This document shows positions 15,201 to 29,441 of a DNA stretch of 64,000 bases, in pieces. The notes beneath the pieces are model-generated. The model had not been told where the DNA came from, searched no databases, and was given only the letters and a program-made list of their open reading frames with translations. Source of the stretch: Chrysomallon squamiferum (taxonomy: Eukaryota > Animalia > Mollusca); the NCBI GenBank assembly GCA_012295275.1, contig CM022671.1, positions 23,870,001-23,934,000 of the forward strand. The letters are read 5' to 3'. Each line of letters opens with the position of its first letter. The stretch's first letter is position 1. The position numbers were made by a program, and so were the translations under genes.

Positions 15201-17650
15201 TTAATAAAACTGATACATCTTTCTTATCACTGTAAGCTTCATTCTACCTTATTCATAATAAACACTTAATGTTTAATAATAGATATTTGGAATTTTTACT
15301 CAACTAGTTTCAAAAAAGAAAGAATATATTTGTTTAACCAGAGATTGTTAGCTGAAATAGGAAGCACATATTTTTTAACATTATTAAAAATAACCAGTAA
15401 GAAAAATTACTAATATTTGAAAATGCACAGGTTTTATATTTGTTTCAGAAGACAAACAGTTTTAAGAAATTCTTCATTTTTTATGTGGTAATCGTCTCAG
15501 TATTTCTCACACCTGTTTTAAACAAAATAACAGACTCACCTGTTTTGGATTTCTTTGCTGGAGGTTCACCTTTGAATCCCGGAGGTGCAGGAACTTTGAA
15601 ACCTTCCTCATCAATTTTCTTATCACCAGATTCATCTATCTAAAATATTAGACATTAAAAACGTAACATGTGAAATCTTTTTACACCATGTTTTCCCACA
15701 TTAAGATTATTTTTCTATGTTAGTAGATGACTGAAGATAAATCTTTTTAAAACCTGTATTCACATTTTTATTATTTTCAGTTATTATTTCACCAGACATC
15801 AGTTATTTTATTAACTGTTTAGACAGACTATCACTGCTAATAAACATGAAATACTGCAGTTAAATGACAATATATAATACAATAATGTCATTAGAAAGTA
15901 ACAAAAATAAAAATGTAAAAGATATATATATAATTTAATAAAAGCAACAACAAAAAATCAACAAGCCATTAGAGAAAAAAAAAAAAAAATAATAATAATA
16001 ATAAAATTGCCTAATGTATGGAATCCCGATGAAAAAAATAAATAAATAAATTTATGCCTGAAGACTGAGAAATATCTAAATATGTAATAAAATGGAAAAC
16101 ACAAAAACAGAAGAAATTTTTACTTTTCTCTTTGAGGCTGCTGTTTGTTCCTGTTTAGAGACTTGTTTTTCTTTCTCAGCTGAGTTTTGCTTCTTGGGAG
16201 AAAACTTTTTCCCTTTAGGAACTGATTTGTCAAAATTCTTTGAAAATTTTTTCCCTGCCTTTCCAGATTTTTTATCCATCTCATTTTCCTTTTCTGCAGC
16301 CTATGTGAAACAAAATAAAATAAATAATGTTAAGAAAAAAACCCCTCAAAAAACCACTAATCAACAAATTTAACTTTCTTACAAAAATTTGTCAAAAGTA
16401 AATTATGAAAACAATGAATATTTATAAAAATAAATTTTCTGATAAAAAGAAAACTAGGAAAGTATCATCCCAGTAAATATCAACAATCTCAAACCTGTTA
16501 ACAGTATTTATTAACAAAAACTGTAGCATAAACCAATCAAACAACAAAATCAAATATAAAGTGAAATAGGTCATCAACCGTTTTACTAAATCTAAAATAA
16601 AAACTAATTCTGTTCTCAAATTATTATGTTACTTGGAAATTCAAACTAATCTTTTTATATTTAAAAAGCCAGAAATGCTTTCTTTCTATAATCTTTGGCA
16701 AAAATAAATAAATAAATAAATAAATAAATAAATTATAATTTATTAGTAAAAGATTTGCTTTCTTTATATTTTATTGCATTAACTAAACCTGTTCTTTTCT
16801 TTCATTAATTCTCTGAAGCTGACTATCACATCTGACCATTGCTTGATCAAACTGTTCCAGTGTGCCTAAAAGCAAAAAAATAAAAAATAAAATAAAATAA
16901 AATAAAAATGTAGGTTGTTTAATATGAATCCTTGTATTGCTGTTTATCTGTTATTTGATTAATTTAATTTACTAAATAAATACAAAAGAAACAAACAATA
17001 ATTTACTAAATGATTACATAAGAAACAAATAATAATTTACTAAATAAATACAAAAGAAACAAACAGATTCTTTATTTTTGGCACATCTATATATGACTGT
17101 CATACTTTGTTACTAGCAAAGGTAGGCTACTGAAATAGTATCAGAATACTTTAATTTAAAAACTACTAGATACATTTGTTTTTGTTGTTGTTGTTTGTGA
17201 TGGAAAGAGGGAATTGAAATTAGGTACAAATTGTTTGGTGTTTTTCTGTCATACAAAGGACTGATTGATTTGTCCATAAAAGACTAATATTTTTTATCAC
17301 TGTTTATTTGTTACCTTCCTCTCTTTCAAAGTTAACATAAGCTTCAGCAATACTTTCTGGCCAGTCTGTGACAGAGTTCAAAGCTTTCTGTAAAATTCTT
17401 CTACAGTGTTTGCTGTTATTCCCATAAGCCCTAAAAAGTAAAAATTACAATAATGGCAGAAGGATAAAGCACAAACATAATTAATAACTGTCAAATAGAT
17501 GTAGGTGATTATTATTTGTACCTGGCCTAATTTTTTGATTCACTGAATTCATATTCTAAAAGCAATAAAAAAGTGTAAAGTGACCACAACAAAGGTAAAG
17601 TTAGATACAAAAAAAAAAAAAAAAAAAAAATAAATAATAATAATAATAAT

Positions 17651-17695
<45 letters not shown>

Positions 17696-20600
17696 AATAA
17701 CAACAATAATGATGAAGGTAAGTAAGGAAAAGTAAACTTGACAATACAAATTTTTAAATTATCAAAATAAAGGTACAGATAGAAAAAAAAAAAGTCAATT
17801 AAGCAATAAAAATTAAAAAATTAGCATAATAAAGTTGAACATAGATAAAAAAATAAACTCAGCAATAAAAATAAAAATAAAGGTAAAATAAAAGTAAATA
17901 AAAAAAAAAAAAAAAGAGGATAATGACTAACCAAACTAACTAAAATGACATAATAAATAATGATTAAATAAATGAATACCTATCCAATCTGTAATAGTCT
18001 AACCACATAGCTGCAGTGTTACCATGTCCTTCAGTCATCAGATCATTCCAAATCTCTCTCGCTTTCTCTATGTTATGACAGAATCGTGCCTGAATGAATA
18101 GCAGAATTAACAGTTTAAAGAACACATCAACACATTTTAATATCAACAGTTACTATCAACTAATGTTTGTTTTTTGTTTTTTTAATAATTATGATAAAGG
18201 AAAGCTACTGTCTCATTCTTAATTAGCTCTTAAGATATTTTAAATTACTCTTATATAACAGCAGCAACTAATCTTTAAAACACACCTTCCCACAGGTGGG
18301 AAAGAATGTGACATAGCCTTTGATAAAATAAAGATATGGGACACAAGTTAATCCATTCTGACAGAGCATATGAACCTCAACAAATAATGAAACTTTCAGG
18401 TGGACATCTTAAACTGAAAACTAAAGATTATCTTACAGGTCTGAACTAATTTTTCTGTGTATGGTTTTATTATGAAAGGATCAGAGTTATATTAACAGCA
18501 TCAAAGTAGCTAGATTTGATTCTACTAACAAGATTAAATATATACCAAATCTAGTTAGGAAATTAACTGAAGTTACACCAGAATCTTATTATTTCAAAGA
18601 AGATAATTTGGTGTGTGTTTGCTCATAATGTTGTTCCATATGCAGTACTTGAACCAAACCAACAAACAAGTAAGTAAATAAAGAAAACTCATACTTCTAT
18701 CAAAGCCCAGTAACTACGAAGAAAGCCATTAGGATCACCATCTTTGCCAAAAGCTGTAAAATAAAAAATAACAAAAACCATAAACATTAAAACAAATAAA
18801 TAAGTAAGTAAATATAAAAGTAAGAAAGAAAGCACTTAAGTAAAACAGTAAGAAAGCAAATAGGTTAGTAAATAACCAAATAAATAAAACATGGAACTTA
18901 CTCTCTGTCAAATGGATAATGGCAGCTTCCATAGTGTCTCTGAATAACTCAAGTTCTGCTTTATGTTCTGAAAACAAATACATTGCGTAAATTTAAATTT
19001 GTTTCATTTAACAAGAAACGATGACAAAACAAAAAGAAAACTTAAAATATGAAAATATAATATGAAACAACTGAAATTTAATGAACCAAAGAAAACAGAA
19101 ACTTCAAATATGAATTATGTTATAAGCAGACAACAGGAAAGATGAAAAATATGATACCAAACAATTCAGATTCAATGAATAAAAGAAAAAGAAACTTCAA
19201 ATATGAATTATGCTATAAGCAGACAGTGTGAAAGATGAAAAATATGAAACATTAGAGTTTCTGTTACAACTCAATGTCTTAAGCTGTCACAATAGATACA
19301 TGGGAAGTTAAAAGTATTCCAGACATTTATATTTTCAAAAAAATTAACAAATCTATATTAAGTTTAATGAAACAAAGGAGAAACCTTTATCCCAGTCTAT
19401 TCGTCTTCGAAGGAAATCACAATAAGTAGTCCATATCAACAAGTAATCTGAACTTTGAGAGAATCCTGCAAGGAGGGCCTTATCTACAGTTTCTGAATGG
19501 AAATAAAACAATAATTATTTTTAACATTTTAAATTGATATACTGGGGAACACGATCTACTTATTTATTTTTTTAATCATACTTTGTATCTGTTTATGACA
19601 TGAATTTGACAAAATGAGTCAATATTTAATGCTTTTATCATTGTCATTTTTCCTATAAACTTTATATAAATAATCCAGAACACACAGGTATACTGAATAT
19701 ATTTAAGTAATTGGCACATAGTCAGTGATATGAATACAATTCCCAATATTGACCAAAAATCATTGTTATCCTATGCATTAGATATCCTGAAACTTAAATA
19801 ATTTTTTTTTTAGTTAGCTTAGACTACCAGAAAATTATCAGTGGTATACTTCAATGAAATACTGTTTAAGATTATCTTTTTATAAATGCTGCAAGTGAAA
19901 ATAATTAAGTAATAAAGATATTACAAGTCACAACAATCAATTACATTTAATTTCTAAAGGATATTAAATATCTTTCTTGCTGAAATTTAGATTTTGGAAA
20001 ACACACAAGTTTTTCTTACTATTTTACTTCTATTTCTTCTTTTAAACCTAATTTTTGTACTTAGTTCCTGTAAAAATTATTTTGAATCATATACGTACCT
20101 TTAACCTTGTCAAAGGTTTCACCGAGTCTTTCAAGTGCCAGCAGGTAATTCTGCCAGAGTTGAGATGACCATGGACAATTTCGAACAGCTCTCTCATACA
20201 CTGGTAGGATGACCGATTTAATTTTCAAGTTGAAATCCTGAATAAAACCTACAGGTTATCAATCGACGAAATTAGCAAAATCTTACTTATGATGTTAAAC
20301 AAGATAATTAATAAACTGTTAGTATTAATCTTTAGTGTGGAATTTAATCTTTCAAATATAAAATTATTAACGTCTAATTTCTATTTATAAATTCCTGTAC
20401 TTACTATTTCAATAAAAAATAATAAATAAAATTACCTGAATACTATTACTGTATTTATGTTTGTATCCATTTCAAGTTTCAAAAATAGTACATTTTCAAT
20501 CAAAACATTTTTATTTTTGAATATTAATAATAATAAATAAACTAATAACTATTTAAGTCAAGAATTTAACAGTGATAATGCTTAGAGATTCAAATAACTT

Positions 20601-22106
20601 CACAGTTTTGCATGTTATATATAAGTAGTTTGTCAAATAATCAAAGAAATCTATTGAACTGTAACAGAATTTAAATGACTTTATTCCTTATTCAACAAGT
20701 TACTGATCTGTCAGTAAGTTGAATAACTGTATCATGTATGGGGAAAAGGAAAATGTGTTTCCTCTCAGAAAATAAAATGACTTACCAGATATTTTGTGTA
20801 CTGTATCCATATTTCAGGAGACAAACAGTTTTCCTGTATGGCTCTTTCAAAAGCCAGCTGGATTCTCACAGGATCTCCCTCCTGTTTTTCAAACTCTATA
20901 AGTGTCTGATATTCTTTCCACCTAGGAGGGTCTGCATTGGACTACAAAAAAAAGTCAATATGAAGCAATGAACATACTAAAATCTTTATTTTTTTAAAGT
21001 TATTAATAATTATTCTTTGTATTTTTGATTCATGAGCTATGACACTTTATTTTAATAATGATGATAAATAAAAGACAAATCTGATGTTTCTAGTCCTTGA
21101 ACTAATCTTATTATTTAGTAGACAGTGATCTTTTAACTGCACTTTCCTCAAAATATAGAAAAGCATATACCATGCTCTTTGATATATCATTTACGCAGTG
21201 GTGGCTAGTACAGGAAAATAGCCTAATATTTCTGTGATCCATCCCTGTGCTGAAGTCTGTCTTCAAAATTTTTAATGCTGTTAATGTCTTGTAATAATAA
21301 ACAAAAAGAATAATACAATTTTAAAATTGTGTACCAAGGCATCTTCCAAAGGTGAAAGCTTCTTCAGTAGTGTTAAAGCTTTATTGTAAGCCTGCTTAGT
21401 TGTTGAATCCACATCCTCCCCACACCATTCTTTATACTCTTCCAGAGTTTCCTCCATTCCTAGAAATATTGTTTTAATGCCAGTATAAGTTCATAATTCA
21501 GAAGAAATATTCATTGTCATATGTATATATACTTTAGAAACAGTGGTCAAGTTTAATTAAATCCTGGATTCACATTTGGCTAATTCAGCATTAACTCAAT
21601 TTATGAATATGAACTGATGTGGTAAACATTTAAGAAATTTTAATAAATAAATATTTTTATAAGAAATGTTTTATTATATTATAATCAAAGGTTTATATAT
21701 ATATATATATATATCACAGAATGGGGGACATTCTTTTATAAGTGACAAGGCTGTTTAAGTAAATAAACGATAATCTAAAGAGTCAGTTCATCAATATGAT
21801 TATATGTACACATACACATATGCAGCAAAATGCAGAAAGATTATATTTAAAGATGTTTGTTGTTTAAATATTTGTTTGTGGAACTAGGGGAGGTACTGTT
21901 TAACTATATGTAATTTTACCTATAAGTGGAATTGCAAGCTGTCTTTTAAATATAGAATCAAGTCTTTTGTTTTGTACACTGAAAGCTTCTTCTTGGTCTT
22001 TTGTCACCACAGAGCCCAGCTGAGGCTAACAAGAAAAAACATATTATTACCTAATGTTTGTTAAAATGAAAGTGAAAACAAAACTGGACTAATAATAATT
22101 ATAAGA

Positions 22107-22148
<42 letters not shown>

Positions 22149-24511
22149 GAAACTGTTTTAAGGTATGAAGTTTAATTAAAAACACTTTTAATATTTTATA
22201 ATAACTTGACATAACAGTAATAATATTAATTTATATAAAACAGAAAAAAGACAAAAAAAAACACAAAAAAAAACAACATCCAGGAGATATAAAAATATAT
22301 TTAACTGCCAGACATCTTGATTATACCTTCAGCTAAAAATGAATTTAAATATATCTGTTTTAGTTAACTGACCATTAGCTGTGTTAGCAGAGCATTCTCA
22401 AACTCTCTGTAGGCCTCCCAGATATTGTTTCCCTGGCTGACATGAAGACCAACAGCTGTCAAAGCTTTTTCAAACACAGCACGAATCTTTTTTATTCCTT
22501 CATCTGAGCCCATTCCTCCTATACAAAACTGAACATACTCAAGCCACAAAGGGACGGCTGCAAACATTATTCAAGTTTTATTTTATTTTAGAAAACACAG
22601 AGAAAAAAGAAGTTAGAAATACACACCTAAGATAAGGATATTAATTAAACAAATGTGTCAATTGTATCAATTTTAACACCTAAAATACTCTCAGAGTTAG
22701 CATGGAATGACACTCTGTTGTTTGTCCTAATTTAAAATAATATTAACTCCTTCACTGATCTCAGATGATATCAATTTATCTGTTTAATACTCATCAGAAG
22801 AGGAAATTATTGGTAACATTTCAGTAATCTTACTTAAGTACTTATGCATCCACATATGGAAATAATATAAATTTTCTAGCATTTGAAGAACAATAAGTAA
22901 ATCAACATAGCATACTGAAAGTATTGACTTTTCCATCATCAGTTCTTTTTTTTTTTTTTTTTTAAAAGAAGAAAATGAAAATAATAAAACAAGATTTACC
23001 ATTCAGCATTAGTGATGTATTTACTGTAATATGTATGTATATATCTGATGATTCCTTAAAGTATTCATTACTCAAAATCACTAACTTATCTCAGTTAGTG
23101 TCACTGACAGATAAGCTGGACTACATGCTCTCACTTACTGACTTCTATTATGAAAACTGAGTTAATAAAAACATAAACACAGAACAAAAAACAATCATAC
23201 ACTGATAATCCAACACTGCTTTTTCAAATAAACTTTCAATCTTTTCTCGGTCTTCACTTGTTGAGGAGACTTTGATTTCATCTCTCAGCCAGTCTAACCA
23301 CAATTCTGAAAGGTTAAAACATTTTATTTGTATAAATATGTACTTAAAAACAATATGTGATTTTCATAATCCTTTTCTTTTTCCTTTGTTTTTCTTTTAT
23401 ACCCAATTCTTTTCAAGTTTTACAGAAGTATGCTAATGACTTTTTATTTAAATGTTTTGAACATAACACATATGTTATTTCAAAGGGTCACAGCCTGAAT
23501 TGAGATTATACGAAACCTTTGTTTGCCTATTATTATTACTTTCAGTAACATCCTTATACCGGAATCAGACACTCAGTAATTGCTGAAATAGTTCATATTC
23601 TGACAATAATTACAGGATGAAGTATCTTTTAAATATCTTAGCAGTAATGATGAGAAGATATTAATAATTATCTACTTCATAAATACAGATATATCAAGTT
23701 AGATTACCTTCTGTCAGAGGATAAATATTACTCATGCTTTCTCTAGCTTCTCTTAGTGGCTCCAATTCTCCTGCTTTACGCAGTAGATTTATCAACTGAA
23801 CATGAAGATCATAAGAATATGGATTTTCTTTGAGCTTCAAAACAAAAAATTAAAACATTAATAAATAAATTACTGAAATAAATATTTCATGAAAACATAT
23901 TAAGTAAATCTATATTTATTTATTTATAAGTTTTTAAATTAAATTATTCCCAATTTTAAATAATAATAATAATAATTTTATAAATGTTCATATAATTAGC
24001 AGTATAGTAATTATAGCTTTACTTTATTTATTTTTATTGTTGCACTACTTAAATTTAAATGTATTCCTTTCAAGTTTCAGTTTCACACATAGTGAAAAAC
24101 TGACATAGTCACATACGTACACAGACCTGTAGACGTGAGCACTAATACATACATTTACCATGACGGGTTATTTCAGATATATGTAGTGTGCAGGCTATCT
24201 GGTTTAACTAAAGTTATACCCAAGACACGATATAATTAAATTACAGCCGACTTCTGAATACTGTTAGTATTAATATGTTTATTTATATTAATAATTTTAT
24301 TTTTACTATTTGAAAATGTTAAAGTGTTTCTGTTTCTTCAGCTATTCTTAATAACCTTTTCTTCAGTTTCTTTAATTTCTGATTCATGATTTTCTTCCTC
24401 GCTCTCAGATTCGCTGCTGTCATTGTCTTGTTCCATAGCTTGCTCCGTTTCCTCCGTTTCACTGCTGTCAGATGAATTATCCATGTTCAATTTCTCAGTG
24501 TTTTCCGCCAT
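12246..24511 (-). CDS. SART3: SART3/Prp24/p110 U4/U6 snRNP recycling factor (HAT repeats, 2 RRMs, C-terminal LSm-interaction motif), about 902 aa
   Basis: 23 exons: 24356-24511, 23708-23834, 23201-23305, 22373-22557, 21920-22025, 21335-21459, 20786-20941, 20099-20237, 19385-19492, 18902-18967, 18695-18753, 17980-18089, 17315-17430, 16789-16865, 16124-16300, 15540-15639, 15043-15161, 14713-14796, 14222-14326, 13638-13727, 13102-13185, 12735-12898, 12246-12396; sum 2709 nt. HAT motifs (VPLWLEYVQF, IWEAYREFE), RNP motifs (TVFVSNL, KSKGYAYVEF, KLFIKGLPF, PKGLAYVEY), C-terminus MSNADFRNMLLKK. Confidence 0.96.
16963..17065. repeat. Intronic minisatellite, about 33-bp unit x3
   Basis: AATTTACTAAAT(AAATACAAA)AGAAACAAA repeated three times. 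Confidence 0.8.
19040..19250. repeat. Intronic tandem duplication, about 95-bp unit
   Basis: AGAAACTTCAAATATGAATTATG-TATAAGCAGACA...GAAAGATGAAAAATATGA occurs twice. Confidence 0.8.
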
Positions 24512-24745
24512 TCGGCTCACGTATGCTTAACGTTGTTTTTCACATACAGAAGAGTTCTAAAGTAACTTCGATTTGCTATCTTCAGTGAATCGATCCTTAT
24601 CCACAGTGTATTCCAAATAACTAATTCCAATTTTGAACTTTTCTTTGAAAGATTTTATTTCAGTTCGGATTAAATAAAAATTGTATTTTCTCTATACAGA
24701 TATATACAAAACATGGCGTTAAACGCAAAAACTATATCGATTTCA
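24512..24745. promoter_or_regulatory. Putative SART3 promoter/5'UTR
   Basis: Local CpG enrichment directly upstream of the SART3 ATG. ATCGAT motifs near 24589 and 24737, and a YY1-like AACATGGCG at about 24710-24718 on the + strand. Confidence 0.4.
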
Positions 24746-25362
24746 ATTTTTTTTAAATTTATAAATTATTTTATTTTAATTTATTAATTTTATTTATTTA
24801 TTTAATTTTGAATTTTTCTCATCTTCCGTACATTTTCTTTGTAGAATTATCTACTTATTCAACTTTAACGTTCCTGTCAGTCAAGCCTCTTTGAAAAAAA
24901 AAAACTAAAAAAAAACAAAAAAAAAAAAAAAAAAAAAAAAAAATAAATAAATAATTTGATTATCTGACGGATTAATTAATGAAGAAATTTATTTTTTTTT
25001 TTTAGTTTCTTTTTTCTTTTTTTCTTTTTTTTTAAATTCTTGATTAGATATATATTATAATTATATTATCATCGTTTCATAATGTTTATATTTCATGAAG
25101 ATCTTTGAATAAATTTATTGTATGTCAAAAAAAAAAAAATAATAATAATAATAATAAAAATATAATAAAATAAAATAAATACATAAAGTATTTAGTTGTA
25201 GTTAGAAAAACTAAATAAATAATTATATGTGGCCTGGTGCACAAAGCACCCTGTCACAAAAATTACTCGAGTTCGATTTCGATTATGTCATAAATTTCTG
25301 TGTCTGATCGTACAACATGATAAAATAGCATCGTAGTTACGTTGCAGAGAACTGGCCCAAAC

Positions 25363-25416
<54 letters not shown>

Positions 25417-25676
25417 ATCTCTCTCTCTTGGAATCTCTATCACCCCTGACCAGTGCTGACAGACCGTTACTGCCATCCGTTCCTTAAGATAGCACCAATG
25501 ACAGTGTTTACTGTACATTAATGTCCCACGTGTCTTGGTGGAATTTCCCCCAAGTACTTTACGTCTAAATAAGGAAAAATAAACCTCAAGTGTTTATGTA
25601 TCTTTGGATTATATATAAATGTATATAATTTAAACTATTTTGTTTAAAGGTACCTAATTAATATTGTTGATCTAAA

Positions 25677-25718
<42 letters not shown>

Positions 25719-26456
25719 GTTTTAGTTTATATAAGTGCATAAGATTCATAAATATGAATAAAAGATTTATGGTTGGAATATCCGCTCAACCCATCTGAAT
25801 TAATGAACAGATTAAGAAAAACTATATGTGATACCGAACTATTGAATTACAGATAGTGATATCTATATATATATAAAAATTGTGACTTATTTTTCTGTGA
25901 CTTTATTTCCTATTCAAAACTGAGACTTTTTTCCTGTGAATTGTTTTCCTACAGTCCAAATTTCACCCAACCTAGCCTACATTTGTTGCTGTATATTTTT
26001 CTTTACTTTATGACATTTATATATTGTTCTTACGTTATTATTTTACTGTATTGTGTAGATGTTATGTGTACTAAAGTGTAATGTTTTGTTAAGTTGTAAG
26101 GTTAAAGTTTACATTCGCGATTTCCTAAACTGAGGCATTTTCCGGATCGGTGCTCCCCCTTGTTAGCCAGTCGAGGGTCAACGGTACGTTAGGAACATTA
26201 TTGTAGGTCTATATGTGTACATTAGCAACAATACTGAATGCTTTTACATTAGAAATAATACTCTATGTGTATGTACGTTAGAAACAATTTACAGTAATAT
26301 TCATGTACATTAGAAACAGTATAGAATATATTTACGTTAACATACATACACAGTTCATAGTTTATTTGTAAAAAAAAAAATTTAAAAAAAATAACGTCTT
26401 TGAACAAAAAAAAATGTTATTATTATTATTATTATTATTACTACTACTATTACTAC

Positions 26457-26499
<43 letters not shown>

Positions 26500-26525
26500 T
26501 CTAATCTCTCATTTTTGAGGGTTGC

Positions 26526-26556
<31 letters not shown>

Positions 26557-27059
26557 ACATGGTTGGAATTATGAACAACAGTATTCTCAATGAATGCGAG
26601 ACTGATATCACGAAATTTATAATTTACCATTACCAAATGAATATTTGTTAGTTAAAAAGTAATCTATTAATATTTCAGCCTTTGACTTAAGACTGTAGAC
26701 TGTTCTGCCAAAATGGACTACTGATCGATGAAAATGGCTATTCTCTTTGTCAGTGTGTTTAGGCATTACCATCTTTATTTTCGGTACATTTATTTATTCA
26801 TTCATTCATTTATTTATTGTGGTTGCTTTTATTAATAAATAGCACTGACAGTTATATAATAATAATTTTTGAACATATACAAAATCAAAATAAACTAATT
26901 AAGATATTAAATATTATTTATTTCACGTGAATAGTTTTTTCTGAACACTTGTCTCCTTACATTCAGCAGGTTGATTCAGTGAAAATGTTCAAAAACGCGA
27001 ATAAAGTAAACGCTTAATGAATGGATTCATTTATGTTTTTGTTGAGTGTTTTGTTTGCT

Positions 27060-27091
<32 letters not shown>

Positions 27092-27114
27092 ATTTATTTA
27101 TTTAATTATTTATT

Positions 27115-27146
<32 letters not shown>

Positions 27147-27604
27147 TTTTTTTTTTTTTTAATTTATTTACTTCTTTTTTTTTTTTTTTAGACAGTTTCA
27201 TCAACAGTGTGATGGAACTGTTTAGATTTTATACTATTTATTTTTTATTATTATTTTGTTGTTGTTGTTGTTGTTGTGGCGTTACTGTAATCATTATCAT
27301 TATCATCATCATCATTATATATTTTATTTATTTTGAACTTTTTTTTCAAAATTATTATACTGTTGTTATTGTCGTTGTTGTTGTTTCCTTATCGGCCTAG
27401 ACAAACAATGATGCACAATCATAGCATTACTTGTAATATTTGGGAGTTTTTTGTTGTTGTTGTTTTTTTTGTTTTTGGTTTAAAAAAAAAAAAAATAATA
27501 ATAATAAAAAAAACAAAACAACAACAACAAACAAACAATCAATCAAACAAAGCCAGAAGTGCTAAGCAACATATTTATAGATATGTACAGCAGTTCATAA
27601 CAGT

Positions 27605-28998
27605 TCAGTCCTTTTCATAAATAGTTGGCAAGGTTTGGTACAAATCCAGGGTGTGAAATAGTGGAGGCGGGAAATCCACGGAGTGTCTGATGGTTTGTGA
27701 GATGAGGTCAATCCTGGCCCATTCAGGACAGTCGGCTGCGTCCTGATCCAAAATGCCCTCTTCTTCTGCTCTCTCGACCTCTTCATACCACATCATTCCC
27801 GAAGACGAACAATCGGGCATCATATCCCAGAAAGAATCATCTTCATTTATGTCAGAAGCCGTCGTCTCTGAAGATGACGGCAGTGGTTCGGTGACGGCAG
27901 TGGACTCGTTGAAGTCAGCATCATCAGGTTTTGGCGATTCTACGCGAGTTTGTTTGATGAAGATCCAAAACGACGATAGTCGCGACAAAAGATAATTTCT
28001 GTTATTTTTTTCTTTAAACTTCGCCTTATGCCTCTTAAACATAGCCAGTATAAATCCTGAGAAAGAGAAATGAAAACCTTTTGAAGTTATGAGAAAATAC
28101 ATACTAACAAAGAAAATGAACAAAGACAATACATTTAATTAATCTACGAAGATAATCTTAACTACTGAAATATGTTTTTATCTGAACAATAAATTATGAT
28201 TCCGGCTGAATGGTTAATGACATAGAATGAACACTGATATGGCTAAATAGATTTGGATAGCGCAGTAATATATAAAATTCATATTAATTTAATGTTTAAG
28301 TTTTAGAATACTTATATAACGATAATACTTACCTCCATGTATGAAGAAAGCGCACGACAGCAACAGAAGATAATGTTTCAAAGAGGAAGGACAGTATCTT
28401 CTAGAATAAAATAAAATTAAATTAAATAAATTAAAATAAATTAAAGTTAAAAAATCAATAATAGAATATAATATAATATAAAGTAAATCATTTTTTGTTT
28501 GTTTTTAATCTTTGTTTTATTGAAAGGAATTTTCATTGTTTGAATTTACTATTTGTATTAACAATATTTAAAGAAAAGAAAAAAAGGTATCTGTTTTATA
28601 AATATTAAGACAACAGTATTACCTATATCGGTTGCCTCGGGTCGTTCCCTTACACTAGCCAGGGTAACAGATGAGCTTGGGTAACTGAAAAATTAAAAGA
28701 AATTGCTTTAGTTTTTAAAAGTGAATGTTTTTATAACAGATATTTTTAATATGCGACATTTCAAATAAAATATTTCATAATTTTATTGTTTTTGTTATGC
28801 GTTTGTGTCTACAGCCAATTAATAAAACTTCGTATGTTTGAACTGATAGTAACATACTTTATTATTATTAATCGTTTGTATCTTAAAACAAACAAAAATA
28901 TCCAACCCGTGCACTTACCAAGCTTGAGGTTCTTTATCAAGAACCGGAATCATTGCTATAATAGCAAATAAATTAAAAGATAACCATAAAAGCAACAT
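27605..28998 (-). CDS. Small spliced gene of unknown function (basic N-terminal part, acidic Ser/Asp/Glu-rich middle)
   Basis: GC-richer terminal coding exon 27605-~28056 (GFILAMFKRHKAKF...WYEEVERAEEEG...TLPTIYEKD*). Upstream GT-AG bounded exons lie at 28333-28400, 28623-28684 and 28919-~28998. No family recognised and the start codon is uncertain. Confidence 0.6.
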
Positions 28999-29321
28999 TT
29001 TGCACAAATTTTCAATATTAGAGCAAAACTAAGATTGTTAAGTGTGACGTAACAAATTCATATCCTATGGAAACCGTATTTGTTACTATCGTCATGAAAC
29101 GTTACCCGGATTAAAAAGCAAGCGCTCTCAAAGTCATCGTCTGCTACTTTTGATACAGCATTTGTCCCCTCTTTCCATATTATTTAAATTATCAGATTAG
29201 TGAATATCTAAAACAATTCCAGATTAACCTGGAATAATAACACTAAATAAATAATTTAAAAAATATATAAAAAATAAAAAAATAAAATAAATAAAAGCGG
29301 GGGGGAGGCGCAAAGATTGAA

Positions 29322-29352
<31 letters not shown>

Positions 29353-29391
29353 ATTCATTTAAAATCAGCTTACGTTTGTTGTTTTCTTAAT

Positions 29392-29441
<50 letters not shown>

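Noticed and set aside
25228-25560. tRNA or SINE suggested by a B-box-like GAGTTCGATT followed by (TC)n
   Set aside because: No cloverleaf or convincing A-box could be built.
26185-26320. CRISPR-like repeat-spacer array
   Set aside because: The context is eukaryotic, the repeats are short and degenerate, and there are no cas genes.
27017-27620. Hydrophobic ORFs (poly-I/F/Y/C) here and at 6155, 17549, 26382, 43691 and 52138
   Set aside because: They are translations of (ATT)n, (ATTT)n, (GTT)n and poly-T microsatellites.
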